A stretch of 64,000 nt of DNA, from IMG/VR virus record IMGVR_UViG_3300028364_000031, one strand, 5' to 3'. Made by a program: the position numbers and the translations under genes. Under the pieces are notes generated by a model, which did no database searches, was not told the DNA's origin, and saw only the letters and a program-made list of their open reading frames with translations. This document shows, in pieces, positions 48,531 to 57,776 of this stretch; within the stretch, counting starts at the first letter, position 1, and each line of letters begins with the position of its first letter. The DNA is from an uncultured virus (IMG/VR IMGVR_UViG_3300028364_000031). Its lineage: Duplodnaviria; Heunggongvirae; Uroviricota; Caudoviricetes.

Positions 48531-49775
48531 TTAAACATTGTTATATTGCCTATCAAAAACTTGAGATACTGGTACAAACACATCTCCTTGAGATATGTCT
48601 ACATTTCTAATTCTTATGTATTCATAATCTTCTTTGTGTATAACAATGTCTACACTATTAGCATTGACCGAGGTCGTAAATAAAGCACCGGAAGATTCTA
48701 TCCCGGCTATTTCGGTGGTTGTACCTGCTTCATATATCCTAACTTCCGTATCTACTATCAATGGAGATAATGTTAAAATAGCGGGGTTTATTATATTTAC
48801 GGTTCCCCCATTTATTGCTGAAGAAATAGAAGCATTGGAACCGTTGTTATTAACCCAATTGAGTGTCCCCGTTCCCATGTATTGTATATGTATTGAGGCT
48901 AGAGGACTGTGAGTTACGTTGTCTGCGGCTAGTGTAAAATCACCGCCTCCCGTAACTTCTTCTACTCGTATATTCAGGGGTTGATCGGGTCTTACGGTAC
49001 TTGCCAATGTATCCAATTGTGTTTGCATGTTGGCTTCTGTACCGGTTGTAATGGTAGTTCCCGGCAACGCTCCTAGTTCAAAAAGTTCTCTTATCGTGGT
49101 ATCGGTTAATTCCGCGTTTGCTTCGGACCAATAGGCCCACATTGCGTAATTACCGTTCGTCAAGGCGTTTAGTCTCACTTCCTGACCACCGACCTCCGTA
49201 GAAGACAGATCGCCCATAACACTTCCTCCAACTCGATCAGGTAATGTGGCCGAACCCAGTTGGCCATTGGAAGGTTCTGTACGTAGCTGCTTGACTCCAT
49301 CTAGGTACATTTCCACCTTGTTACCAAAACCATTTCCCTCGACTCTAAATAATAAACAGTAGGATCGTCCGGGTCGTAACACTCTGTCACTGAAGGCTTG
49401 TATATTGGTGCCATTGTTAACAACATCTAACATGATGTTGTTTCCTGCCCATAAAACAATGTTAAATTGTGTAGTCCCCGTGCTACCCTCTCTATAAATG
49501 TTTTTTGGGGGTAGTTGGATAGATGATAGCTGTATCCACCCCATAACACATTTTCTGGTGATTGAGTCGCCTACGTTCGAAACCCCCCCAATGTTGACTT
49601 GATCCCCAATCGCATCAAACCGGAGCGTAGATGATACGTCTTCACATATTAGTGTGCCATTAAAATCGGTACTAGTACCGATTGCTGTAGCAGCTACAAC
49701 ACTATCTACCAAATCTCCGTCAAAAGGCCAGAGATAGTCTGGTGAAGTCGCGATAATATCATCTCGATACGCCAT
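48531..49775 (-). CDS. LamG/concanavalin-like virion protein
   Basis: YLWPFDG, GWIQ, MYLDG; CATAAATA late promoter. Confidence 0.75.
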   Translation of the reverse strand: MAYRDDIIATSPDYLWPFDGDLVDSVVAATAIGTSTDFNGTLICEDVSSTLRFDAIGDQVNIGGVSNVGDSITRKCVMGWIQLSSIQLPPKNIYREGSTGTTQFNIVLWAGNNIMLDVVNNGTNIQAFSDRVLRPGRSYCLLFRVEGNGFGNKVEMYLDGVKQLRTEPSNGQLGSATLPDRVGGSVMGDLSSTEVGGQEVRLNALTNGNYAMWAYWSEANAELTDTTIRELFELGALPGTTITTGTEANMQTQLDTLASTVRPDQPLNIRVEEVTGGGDFTLAADNVTHSPLASIHIQYMGTGTLNWVNNNGSNASISSAINGGTVNIINPAILTLSPLIVDTEVRIYEAGTTTEIAGIESSGALFTTSVNANSVDIVIHKEDYEYIRIRNVDISQGDVFVPVSQVFDRQYNNV

Positions 49776-49813
49776 TTAACAAAACCTAAAATATATGAAA
49801 CTATTTATGGGCT

Positions 49814-51217
49814 TTACGGATTCGCGTAGTTTCTTTCCAAAGCGGCAACAAGTGAGAAGCTTTGTCCGGTAGCTCGTGTAATTGTTCCAGATGTTAGAAC
49901 GTACTGTGCGCTATCGAGACCGATGGCCACAATTGTTACATCTGCATCTGTTCCAGCGGTTCTTCCACCTTGATCGTTTCCATCATAATCAAAATCGAAG
50001 CTAACTGCTCCACCCACAACGTTTCCTGATATCGCTGTACCGGAGTTATCGTTTACAAGAACTGCTCCAGATTCACCAAAATCATTATCCACGCCCGGTA
50101 GTGAAGTAAAGAACATTCTGTATACTCCAGAACCATCGTCAACTAGGTTGGCGTTGAAGTTCAAAGTACCAGCAGAAACGAATGGGAATGTTCGAGTATT
50201 TCCAGTATTATCTCTAAAGGTAAGATCGTTTGTGTTGTTAGAGTCAAAGTCAATAATGGCTACACCTGTTCCACCACCGTCAACGTTTGTTGCGTTTAGT
50301 GTTTCAAGTTCAGAACCTACGAACTGTAGCAACGCTTCTTGTAGTAGACCGGGCTTACTTGCACCCGTTGCATCATCATCGATGCTAGTGGTTTGGCGAA
50401 GTGACCATTGGACAAATTCGTAAACCTGTTGTGTCGTTCCACCGTTAGCATCTATCGTGATACCAAAATCGAATGGTCCATTCTGCAAGTCAGACCCATA
50501 GATACCGTCACTCGATTGAGCGGTGGCGAAATAGGTAATAGCCATGCCGGTGTATGGTGTAGCGGTAGAAATTGTAGTATCGTTTGCACTAATATTAAGA
50601 TCGGCTGTTTCACTCAATGGGAAACGATATGTAATGTATGATAAACTCGGAACACCAATCTGAGTTGTACTCTGAGAGCCGAACGTTTTTCCTTGCTCAC
50701 GAATATAGAGGGTCAACACTTCTGCTCTGTTGTCAAAGTCTCCGTTTGCCGCATCACCAAAGGTTTGGATAGCTTCATTTACTGGACCAGCATAAGTAAA
50801 CGTTGTTTCTGCTGTGTCAGACCCAAAAGCGTAATATGCTCGATCTCCAGTCGTTTTATCTGTGGCATCAATATTACCTAGAGAGATAATACCAGCGTAT
50901 TCTCTCTTAGTATCACCGAGTTCACTAATTTCTCTCCAACCACCAGTTCTTAATAGTTTTCTGGCCGCATCATCTGCTGGTACCCAGTCGTCAACAAATT
51001 CGAACTGCTCTGGAGTAATGGAAACCATTGGAAAAGGGAACGGTATCAAGGTAGCGTCAGAGCGCCATTCTTCTTTCAAGAAGGAATACAGGGCTTGTGT
51101 AGTAACCCCATCTTCAGATAAATTTCCCGCCAAACTCAAATCAATCGTAAGGTTTGTGGTATCAATTGTTACTTCGGTTCCCTGATTTAGGTCATCTGGA
51201 TCAGTTATAAGTGCCAT
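49814..51217 (-). CDS. Virion structural protein (putative)
   Basis: Acidic T/G-rich, TATAAATA 51245-51252; C-terminal ERNY.NP shared with the two neighbours. Confidence 0.75.
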   Translation of the reverse strand: MALITDPDDLNQGTEVTIDTTNLTIDLSLAGNLSEDGVTTQALYSFLKEEWRSDATLIPFPFPMVSITPEQFEFVDDWVPADDAARKLLRTGGWREISELGDTKREYAGIISLGNIDATDKTTGDRAYYAFGSDTAETTFTYAGPVNEAIQTFGDAANGDFDNRAEVLTLYIREQGKTFGSQSTTQIGVPSLSYITYRFPLSETADLNISANDTTISTATPYTGMAITYFATAQSSDGIYGSDLQNGPFDFGITIDANGGTTQQVYEFVQWSLRQTTSIDDDATGASKPGLLQEALLQFVGSELETLNATNVDGGGTGVAIIDFDSNNTNDLTFRDNTGNTRTFPFVSAGTLNFNANLVDDGSGVYRMFFTSLPGVDNDFGESGAVLVNDNSGTAISGNVVGGAVSFDFDYDGNDQGGRTAGTDADVTIVAIGLDSAQYVLTSGTITRATGQSFSLVAALERNYANP

Positions 51218-51399
51218 ATCGTAGTCTCTATTTCACGTTCTACATATTTATAGTTTAGCCACAACTACGAGGGAAATATTTAGTTAGTGGGTTAAACTGG
51301 TGGGATTTGGCACGTTATATACAGAAGTTGCAATCTACTAAGGTTTTCGTTGGAACCCCCGCTCTATAAATATGTCAGCGATCAAGTCTTTAGTAAAGC

Positions 51400-52119
51400 A
51401 TGCCAAAAGTTTCTTTCGATGGACCAAATAGAATAATATCAGTGAACGCTGGTGAAACTAGTGTTGATGTTAAAATTGATATTTATTCTGAATGGAAACA
51501 GTGGGCCATCAGTAATTTACAGTTCCTACCAGCCATGAGAACCATTGGGGGTGACTCTGTGGGAGATGGTTTATTTGTTGGTGATGTTTATTTCCTGATC
51601 AACGGTTGGCAGATAAGTACTCCTCCCAACAATCTAAACGTCAGTGGTGTTATTTACCACGATGATGCTATTCCAGTATTCGTCGTTGATCCGGGTGGCT
51701 CTGTGGTATCAACCGTTTCATCCCTAGTACAAACTGTTGAAACTGGGGGTTCTACCGGGGGTAGTAGTCTAACTAAACAAGATGTTCGTGATGCAATGGT
51801 ATTAGGTACGAGTTTACCACCTTCTGCTAATTCTATAGATCAAAAGCTCGACGATAGTATAACCGCACACCAAACTAACGCGTTGGTCACAAATGATATA
51901 CAGTCTAGAATAACTAGTTTACAATTCAGTTTAGGTCAAACTACCGAACTCATTGAAATACTATTAAAGTATTCTAGAAATAGAACGAGGGTTGATACTG
52001 ATGACAACACTCTAACCGTGTATGAAGATGATGGAACAACCGCAATTAGAGTCTTTGATCTGTTAGATCGTAACGGCGCACCTAGTAGTGATGATGTTGT
52101 GGAAAGGTTGCCAAGGTAA
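51400..52119 (+). CDS. Late structural protein (putative)
   Basis: TATAAATA 51365; DIYSEWKQW resembles ALYSFLKEEW of 49814..51217. Confidence 0.72.
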   Translation: MPKVSFDGPNRIISVNAGETSVDVKIDIYSEWKQWAISNLQFLPAMRTIGGDSVGDGLFVGDVYFLINGWQISTPPNNLNVSGVIYHDDAIPVFVVDPGGSVVSTVSSLVQTVETGGSTGGSSLTKQDVRDAMVLGTSLPPSANSIDQKLDDSITAHQTNALVTNDIQSRITSLQFSLGQTTELIEILLKYSRNRTRVDTDDNTLTVYEDDGTTAIRVFDLLDRNGAPSSDDVVERLPR

Positions 52120-52124
52120 ACTCA

Positions 52125-52514
52125 GTGTTACCAGCAAGAACATCAATAATAACTGGGGGTCTTGGTGTAGGCTCAACACCCGGAATCCTAATTTTAGGTC
52201 TTTCTAGACTAGCTCTAGGATTTGTTGGTACGACTCCCACCCCCACAATCACCCCTACGCCTACAATCACTCCTACCCCAACACCGACACCACAATCTGT
52301 GGGTGGAGGCGGTGGAGCAAGTGTAAGAGCGGAAGAGGAGGAAGAGAAAAAATTAGCCACGGTGAAATTCAAAGTGGTAATTAAAGGAACTACCTCCCGC
52401 AATACAATAAATATGGATGTTGATAGACACAAAAACTATGTAGATATCATGAAGAAGCTGAAAAACTTCTCATGGACTCCTAAAATAACCAAGAGCTTAT
52501 CAAAATGGAAATAG
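52125..52514 (+). CDS. Hypothetical protein with Pro/Thr linker
   Basis: TPTPTITPTPTITPTPTPTP followed by GGGGG. Confidence 0.65.
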   Translation: MLPARTSIITGGLGVGSTPGILILGLSRLALGFVGTTPTPTITPTPTITPTPTPTPQSVGGGGGASVRAEEEEEKKLATVKFKVVIKGTTSRNTINMDVDRHKNYVDIMKKLKNFSWTPKITKSLSKWK

Positions 52515-53122
52515 CAGTAACAGTACCATACGAAATTAAAATCGACGCGGAAGGTATTAATCTAGATACCTTTGAGTGTTTCTTTGTCATTTTTAGTGAT
52601 ACGGTTTCGTATGGGGTAGAACTAGTCAAGAAAGAAGAGTTTTATATTTTAAAAGTCCCAAAAGAATTATCATTCTTGAACGGAAAACCCCTAAAGTATG
52701 AAGTACAAGTTAAAAAAGAGAACGCTATATTTCCCGCATCAACGGGTGAACTAACAATATTAGGAATAGTCCCTGACCAATTTAAGGTAGAAATAAAAGC
52801 ACATAATGTCGATGCCAAGGTGAAGCAAGATGTTGAGGTAAAAGGTGAAGGGGATAAGGCGGTTAAGAAGAAGGTTGAAGCCACGGAAGAGCCTGTAGCA
52901 AAAGAGAATAGTTCAGAGAAAAAGAAAGTAAAGGAAGATGTGGACCCGTTGAAGGATCACACACCAGAAAAACTTTCTCGAACTAATAAGAGCCGTGTTG
53001 TTGATTCGATAGACGAACCTACAAAATACACATTCTTTAAAAATATTTTAGAGAGTAGACAACAAGAGCCAGACAATCTTAACACAAAAGTTAAAAACAT
53101 CTTAAAAGATTTTAAAACTTAA
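52505..53122 (+). CDS. Hypothetical protein
   Basis: 205 aa, charged C-terminal half. Confidence 0.7.
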   Translation: MEIAVTVPYEIKIDAEGINLDTFECFFVIFSDTVSYGVELVKKEEFYILKVPKELSFLNGKPLKYEVQVKKENAIFPASTGELTILGIVPDQFKVEIKAHNVDAKVKQDVEVKGEGDKAVKKKVEATEEPVAKENSSEKKKVKEDVDPLKDHTPEKLSRTNKSRVVDSIDEPTKYTFFKNILESRQQEPDNLNTKVKNILKDFKT

Positions 53123-53301
53123 TAAATCCCACCTTTTCCTTCTGTTAAAGTGTCCATAATTTTCGTGTTTATATCTAGTCCATGAATAGTTACTAAAAAT
53201 CTATTTAAATCTTTAATTTTGTGAACAAGAGGAACTATAATTTCCGCAGCGGATGTCTGTGCATACTCGATTGCAGTCGAGCATATACACAAGTCTCCTT
53301 G

Positions 53302-53374
53302 CTTAGATGACTGGATTTGAACCAGCGACTTCCACCCTCTAGGCGGCACTCTGACCTGACTGAGCTACATCTAA
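53302..53374 (-). ncRNA. tRNA-like RNA with 5-nt anticodon loop (TAGAG), no encoded CCA
   Basis: Acceptor TTAGATG/CATCTAA, D arm, CCGCC/GGTGG stem, T arm GCTGG-TTCAAAT-CCAGT. Confidence 0.8.
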
Positions 53375-53495
53375 CTTTGTGAGCACTGCAAAATTGCAAT
53401 ACTTCTGAATACTTCGGATTTCACCAGCACATCTTGCAAGATGTGCTGGTTACTTTCCGTTGCGGATATGCCTAAACATGTTCATAGGCTCCTGA

Positions 53496-53566
53496 GTATG
53501 ATGGTTGGGCTTGAACCAACGACGCCCGCTTGTTAGCGGTGCTCTACCAACTGAGCTACATCAAAC
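53496..53566 (-). ncRNA. tRNA-like RNA with 4-nt anticodon loop (AACA), no encoded CCA
   Basis: Canonical D arm GCTC-AGTTGGTA-GAGC, CCGCT/AGCGG stem, T arm GTTGG-TTCAAGC-CCAAC. Confidence 0.8.
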
Positions 53567-53907
53567 TTTTTTCGAGCATTATAATACAGTATTATAATAC
53601 TTCTGAATTTAAAGGCCGTGGTGGAAAGGTTATTTACGGTGTAAAAAGTTTAACCACCACGGTGCTACTTTACAAGCGCAATCTACATTTCGTATATCTA
53701 GTAGCATTTAGAATATACAGACTACGCCAGTTTACTACATTGTGTCTGATCTTTACGTAGGCACAATTTTTTTACTGCTTCAAGCTCATTTATTATGCAG
53801 TACCTTTAAATGCTATCAGCTAGTACCTGATCACATCCAAAAATACAAATGAGCCTGTTTATTACATTGTGGCAGAGCGGCTGATTGCTTTTTTTACCAC
53901 AACAGCT

Positions 53908-53936
53908 ATATTACATCAACTGCTATTATTTGTCAA
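53908..53936 (-). promoter_or_regulatory. sigma70 promoter driving the 53.2-53.9 kb non-coding region
   Basis: TTGACA-N17-TAATAT on minus strand. Confidence 0.65.
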
Positions 53937-54736
53937 CGCTTTTTTGTGGGAAGTTTCTTAAAAGAGTAATTATCAAACCCTTTGGAAGCCGCTAGGCTTT
54001 TGTCATCCACTTCAGCCATCATAGGCTCACTCATAAAAGTTGCAACAAATGAATGCAACTCTTGATATGCCGTATAAGGATCAATCATTTTTTGAATACC
54101 ATATTCTTTAAGTGTGACATTTGTAGATAGACAATATTTACTACCGTAGTAGTACCTGCCCAAGTTTGTTATGTAACTGCCGCAGAATATAAAAATTGGT
54201 GCGGCTAGGGATTTGAATAGCTCTGTAGCATCTACATCAATTTCTCCAACAATGTAATTACTATCCTCAAAATGCTTTAAAAGAGTTTTTTCTGCCAATA
54301 CCTGCCAGTGATTATCTAGCACTCCCACATTTGTTTTCCTGAAATGGAATAGGGAATAAACTTTACCAGCAAGTCCTAATATGGAATGCATAAATTCATA
54401 TCCGGGGTAGCTTTTTAACAGAGTTTGCGCAATACGTGAGGCACCTAATATACCTTTTTGTTTTGGCTTTCCTAAAAATGTTCTATTTGCATCACCATTA
54501 AAAATGTCAATCACTTTACTAGAGTTAAACAAGTTCGCAACTTGTTCCTTTGCTTCAGATGATATCCCATTTCCTTCTAATTTATATGCATCAACAACAT
54601 TATCATCTGTTGACCATCTATATGTGGGAACTTTTATAATGTCTTCGGCTGGTACTCTATGATAGGTAACCCTAGAATCATGCCCCATCTTCATAATGGA
54701 ATCGTAATAGTCATGAGTTTTTGAAATTATTAACAT
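53933..54736 (-). CDS. Hypothetical phage protein (IISK.HDYYD...GFD..SFK)
   Basis: 267 aa; AGGA RBS. Confidence 0.8.
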   Translation of the reverse strand: MLIISKTHDYYDSIMKMGHDSRVTYHRVPAEDIIKVPTYRWSTDDNVVDAYKLEGNGISSEAKEQVANLFNSSKVIDIFNGDANRTFLGKPKQKGILGASRIAQTLLKSYPGYEFMHSILGLAGKVYSLFHFRKTNVGVLDNHWQVLAEKTLLKHFEDSNYIVGEIDVDATELFKSLAAPIFIFCGSYITNLGRYYYGSKYCLSTNVTLKEYGIQKMIDPYTAYQELHSFVATFMSEPMMAEVDDKSLAASKGFDNYSFKKLPTKKR

Positions 54737-54763
54737 ATTATTATCCTATTATGTTTAAAAAAT

Positions 54764-54791
54764 TGGCGCACCCGGCATGAGCTACGGGCGC
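54764..54791 (-). ncRNA. 28-nt tRNA microhelix/remnant (Arg-like ends)
   Basis: GCGCCCG-TAGCTCATGC-CGGGTGC-G-CCA. Confidence 0.7.
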
Positions 54792-54827
54792 AATATTTTC
54801 ACATTATAATCCACTTTTCCTAAACAG

Positions 54828-55058
54828 TCAAATATCCTCGGCATCGGTATATAAATCTTCTTCAAGAGAATCAATTTCATCTTCAAGAGAATCAATTTCA
54901 TCTTCAAGAGAATGTATGAGCGCTATAATCTCTACCTGCCCCAGTTTTGATAGTTGGAGCGCTGTAGCATCAAAGCGCTTCTGCACAGCTTCATGCATGG
55001 CTTTTATGGATTCTTCTAATGCTTCTTCAGCATTAAGAGGTTTGAATTTCTTATTCAT
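54828..55058 (-). CDS. Small acidic protein with 21 bp tandem duplication (SLEDEID)
   Basis: AAGGA RBS. Confidence 0.65.
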   Translation of the reverse strand: MNKKFKPLNAEEALEESIKAMHEAVQKRFDATALQLSKLGQVEIIALIHSLEDEIDSLEDEIDSLEEDLYTDAEDI

Positions 55059-55100
55059 ACTCTGATTCCTTTATAATCTAACGTTTTAACAATTAAAAAG

Positions 55101-55173
55101 TGGCGAAACTGCGAGACTCGAACTCGCATTTATCCGTGCCCCGGACATCTTACCATTAGAAGAAGTTTCGCCA
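55101..55173 (-). ncRNA. tRNA-like RNA with 5-nt anticodon loop (GGGCA)
   Basis: TGGCGAAACT/AGTTTCGCCA terminal stem, TCTAATGGTAAGA D region, T arm GCGAG-TTCGAGT-CTCGC. Confidence 0.75.
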
Positions 55174-55227
55174 TTGGTTTCTATTGTACTATAAAATCTA
55201 CAATTTGTAAAGATTTTATTTAAAAAT

Positions 55228-55304
55228 TGGTCTGAATGCCAAGATTTGAACTTGGGACAACCCACTTCCAAGGCGGGGACTCTACCAGACTGAGCTACAT
55301 TCAG
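55228..55304 (-). tRNA. tRNA-Pro(TGG)
   Basis: Cloverleaf, loop CT-TGG-AA, C1-G72, ACCA. Confidence 0.9.
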
Positions 55305-55348
55305 ATTGATTACAACATGCTTATTATAAAAGCACAACTACTATAATT

Positions 55349-55422
55349 TGGTGGAGGATAACGGAATCGAACCGTTCGGTCGAGAATGCAAAACTCATCC
55401 TGTGCTCCCAACAACATCCCCC
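55349..55422 (-). tRNA. tRNA-Ala(TGC), atypical D arm
   Basis: G3:U70 pair, anticodon TGC, T arm, ACCA. Confidence 0.78.
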
Positions 55423-55429
55423 AAAAAAT

Positions 55430-55507
55430 TGGTACACCCGACGAGACTCGAACTCGCATCGTCCAGCTTGAAAGGCTAGCGCTCTATTCCATTTAAGCTA
55501 CAGGTGT
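55430..55507 (-). tRNA. tRNA-Glu(TTC)
   Basis: Cloverleaf, loop CT-TTC-AA, CCA. Confidence 0.9.
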
Positions 55508-55561
55508 GTTAAAAATATTTTAAGTATGCGCACAGTTTATCCACTATGCACATAGTTAAAA

Positions 55562-55645
55562 TGGTGGTACAGGTAGGACTCGAACCTACTAAGTCATAGA
55601 CGCCAGATTCAGAGTCTGGTACTCTACCAGTTAAGCTACTTCCCT
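55562..55645 (-). tRNA. tRNA-Gln(CTG), long variable arm, damaged acceptor 5' strand (possible pseudogene)
   Basis: Loop CT-CTG-AA; 5' strand AGGGAAG pairs poorly with CTGTACC and is the end of CDS 55636..56262. Confidence 0.65.
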
Positions 55646-56262
55646 ATTGGTTTTAAGCGGTGGCCTACACCAATGCCCGGTCTACCGGGGTATCCCTTTA
55701 TGCCAATTACACCCCCATTATATGGGTATATTTTCTTGGTTTTTGTGTTGTGATTTCGCCACAAGTTGACATCAATAACCTTGGGTGTTCTTTCTAAAAC
55801 CCGATGGAGGGTATCAATAGCGTTACCACGAAGCCCTGTGGCACATAAGCTGGCATAATCTTTATTATTCATCATCTTCTCAGCACCGTTTAAATGTTTG
55901 TACATGCTTGGTGCCTCTCCTACTAGGTCATGACTATTCAGCCATAAGTTACATGTTCGGAGCCACCACGGTGCATAATAGTCGTCATCTTCAATGATAA
56001 GAATATGATCAGACGCTTCAACATATTTTAAGCCTTCTGAAATGTTTCTAGCCTGAGTATTTTTTCCGCGTTCCCATAACGGCTCTGGTCGTATGTGCAA
56101 GATTTCCCATTTTGGAATGTCTGCTGGAATGTCCAATGGTTGTCTTCCATCATCGACAATAATCCAAGTTACTGGACCCGAATAATCTTGTGTTTTCATA
56201 TACTCAACACATTTCTCAAAAGCTTCCGGCCTTTCTCCGGTAGGGGTTATAAGTTTTAACAT
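55636..56262 (-). CDS. Glycosyltransferase family 2
   Basis: LITPT, WIIVDDG, ARN...GL, IIEDDDYY. Confidence 0.88.
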   Translation of the reverse strand: MLKLITPTGERPEAFEKCVEYMKTQDYSGPVTWIIVDDGRQPLDIPADIPKWEILHIRPEPLWERGKNTQARNISEGLKYVEASDHILIIEDDDYYAPWWLRTCNLWLNSHDLVGEAPSMYKHLNGAEKMMNNKDYASLCATGLRGNAIDTLHRVLERTPKVIDVNLWRNHNTKTKKIYPYNGGVIGIKGYPGRPGIGVGHRLKPIGK

Positions 56263-57746
56263 TAGCGTCTTGGTCTGATTCTCAAAAACTCTTTTATTGG
56301 AGTTTGATTTTTGTGTGTAGTAGGAGTGGGGGGATTATATACTATTCCAACTTTTAGGTGATCGTTATTTTGGCTATCTCCACCACGGTACCAGTGGTAA
56401 AGGTACATTTCTTTTATGAGTGTCAACGGTATTCTTTTGTTATTCAAATCTTTATGGAGCTGATTATCCACTCCCAGAATATTTAAGTTTTTGTCTCGTG
56501 GTGAATGGTTAGAGAGTGTCGATTTTTTGAATCCCCCTATTTCTTTCCAAGCTTTCTTACTAAGCAATATAACCATTCCACTAAGAGCTTCGCTCTTTTC
56601 TGGTCTGAACGACAATTGCTCATACGTGTTATAGTTGTGTTTTTTTAACTTATCTGATATAGTTCGATGTATGGCAATATCATCTCCCGAATATTCATTG
56701 TGTAACTGCTTTTTGTTTCCAATTCTGTTTGTTAAGCATGTAAAGCATCCGGTATCGGGGTTATTTCGTATAGCTCTTTCAAACACTTCACCATAAAAAG
56801 AGTCCAAAAACAAAGTATCAGAATCTCGAAAAAGTGCCCAGCCTTCATCGGACAAAAGTTCCATAAAGCTGTTGTATGCTATTATTAGATTTTTATCTAT
56901 TCGGAACGGAGTGTTTTCGAATATAATAAAATCCTTAACGGTTTTTGTAACCTGTTTATCCTTAACGGTTTTTATAACCTGTTTATCCTTAACATGTGGA
57001 ATTACTTCCAAATACTTATTAAAAGCCCTTATATCTTTTCCCGACATTCCCCTTGGGGCTGAGTGTGATTTTATGGTTATTCCACTATCACTCTTCCAAA
57101 TACTGTAGTTTAAACTAAGCTGATCCCGTTTACTCGGCAGGGACATATAGTATTTATGCCACTGTTGGAAAAGCTCTTTGGTTTTTTCACTATTCCGATT
57201 GATAACTATCATTCCCGTTTCATACAATCCGTTATTTCTTGGATATCCCTGATCAACCAAAATCTTGGAATGTTGTAATACCAGTTTTCTATCATCTTTT
57301 TTAAGGTTTATGACCGCCGTCGCTTCCTCGTAAATACAGTTTCTAATTGGGTGATTAGAAATCATCATATCGTCATGTGTAGGATCATAGTTAAAGCATT
57401 CTAGGAACTGGTCTAGAGTTTCTTTTATCTCGATGTTACCATCAATGTATATACAGATGTCATATTCGTCAGAAATATATTCAGCATAATTCATTAATAC
57501 TGCGTTTGCCCTGCGTTTGGGACATCGCACTTCTAACTCTCTGGGGTGTATTGGACGAACGTCCCAAGTATCTGATAGGATGCTCTCGTTGTCTGTTAAA
57601 CAAATGAAGTCCCATCCACCAGTGGTCTCTTTTATACTAGGCTCTATTATAGTGTCGTACTGGCCTGTTATTATGGTAAATATACATTTCTTATATTGGT
57701 TATATTTATTCATTTTAGCTGGTCTTTGGTGTTTTTCGTTCCACAC
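56262..57746 (-). CDS. Two-domain glycosyltransferase (DUF616-like + GT-A domain)
   Basis: YD....FICLTDN, IYIDGN, HP.RNCIYEEA, RDQLS; second domain FRDSDT, W.EIGGF, YLYHWY. Confidence 0.8.
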   Translation of the reverse strand: MWNEKHQRPAKMNKYNQYKKCIFTIITGQYDTIIEPSIKETTGGWDFICLTDNESILSDTWDVRPIHPRELEVRCPKRRANAVLMNYAEYISDEYDICIYIDGNIEIKETLDQFLECFNYDPTHDDMMISNHPIRNCIYEEATAVINLKKDDRKLVLQHSKILVDQGYPRNNGLYETGMIVINRNSEKTKELFQQWHKYYMSLPSKRDQLSLNYSIWKSDSGITIKSHSAPRGMSGKDIRAFNKYLEVIPHVKDKQVIKTVKDKQVTKTVKDFIIFENTPFRIDKNLIIAYNSFMELLSDEGWALFRDSDTLFLDSFYGEVFERAIRNNPDTGCFTCLTNRIGNKKQLHNEYSGDDIAIHRTISDKLKKHNYNTYEQLSFRPEKSEALSGMVILLSKKAWKEIGGFKKSTLSNHSPRDKNLNILGVDNQLHKDLNNKRIPLTLIKEMYLYHWYRGGDSQNNDHLKVGIVYNPPTPTTHKNQTPIKEFLRIRPRR

Positions 57747-57776
57747 TAATATATATATACTTAGGTATACGCAAAT

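Noticed and set aside
45777..51217. Plus-strand ORFs inside the structural genes
   Set aside because: Antisense shadows of long minus-strand genes with biased codon usage
53119..53760. Short ORFs 53119..53349 and 53530..53760 (also 55086..55337, 40859..41206, 60000..60320)
   Set aside because: They overlap tRNA or tRNA-like structures, lack RBS and have no recognisable motifs
53241..53936. tmRNA, RNase P RNA or group I intron
   Set aside because: No G3:U70 CCA-ended tRNA-like domain with a tag ORF and no recognisable P4 or P7 consensus; left as unknown ncRNA pending an Rfam search
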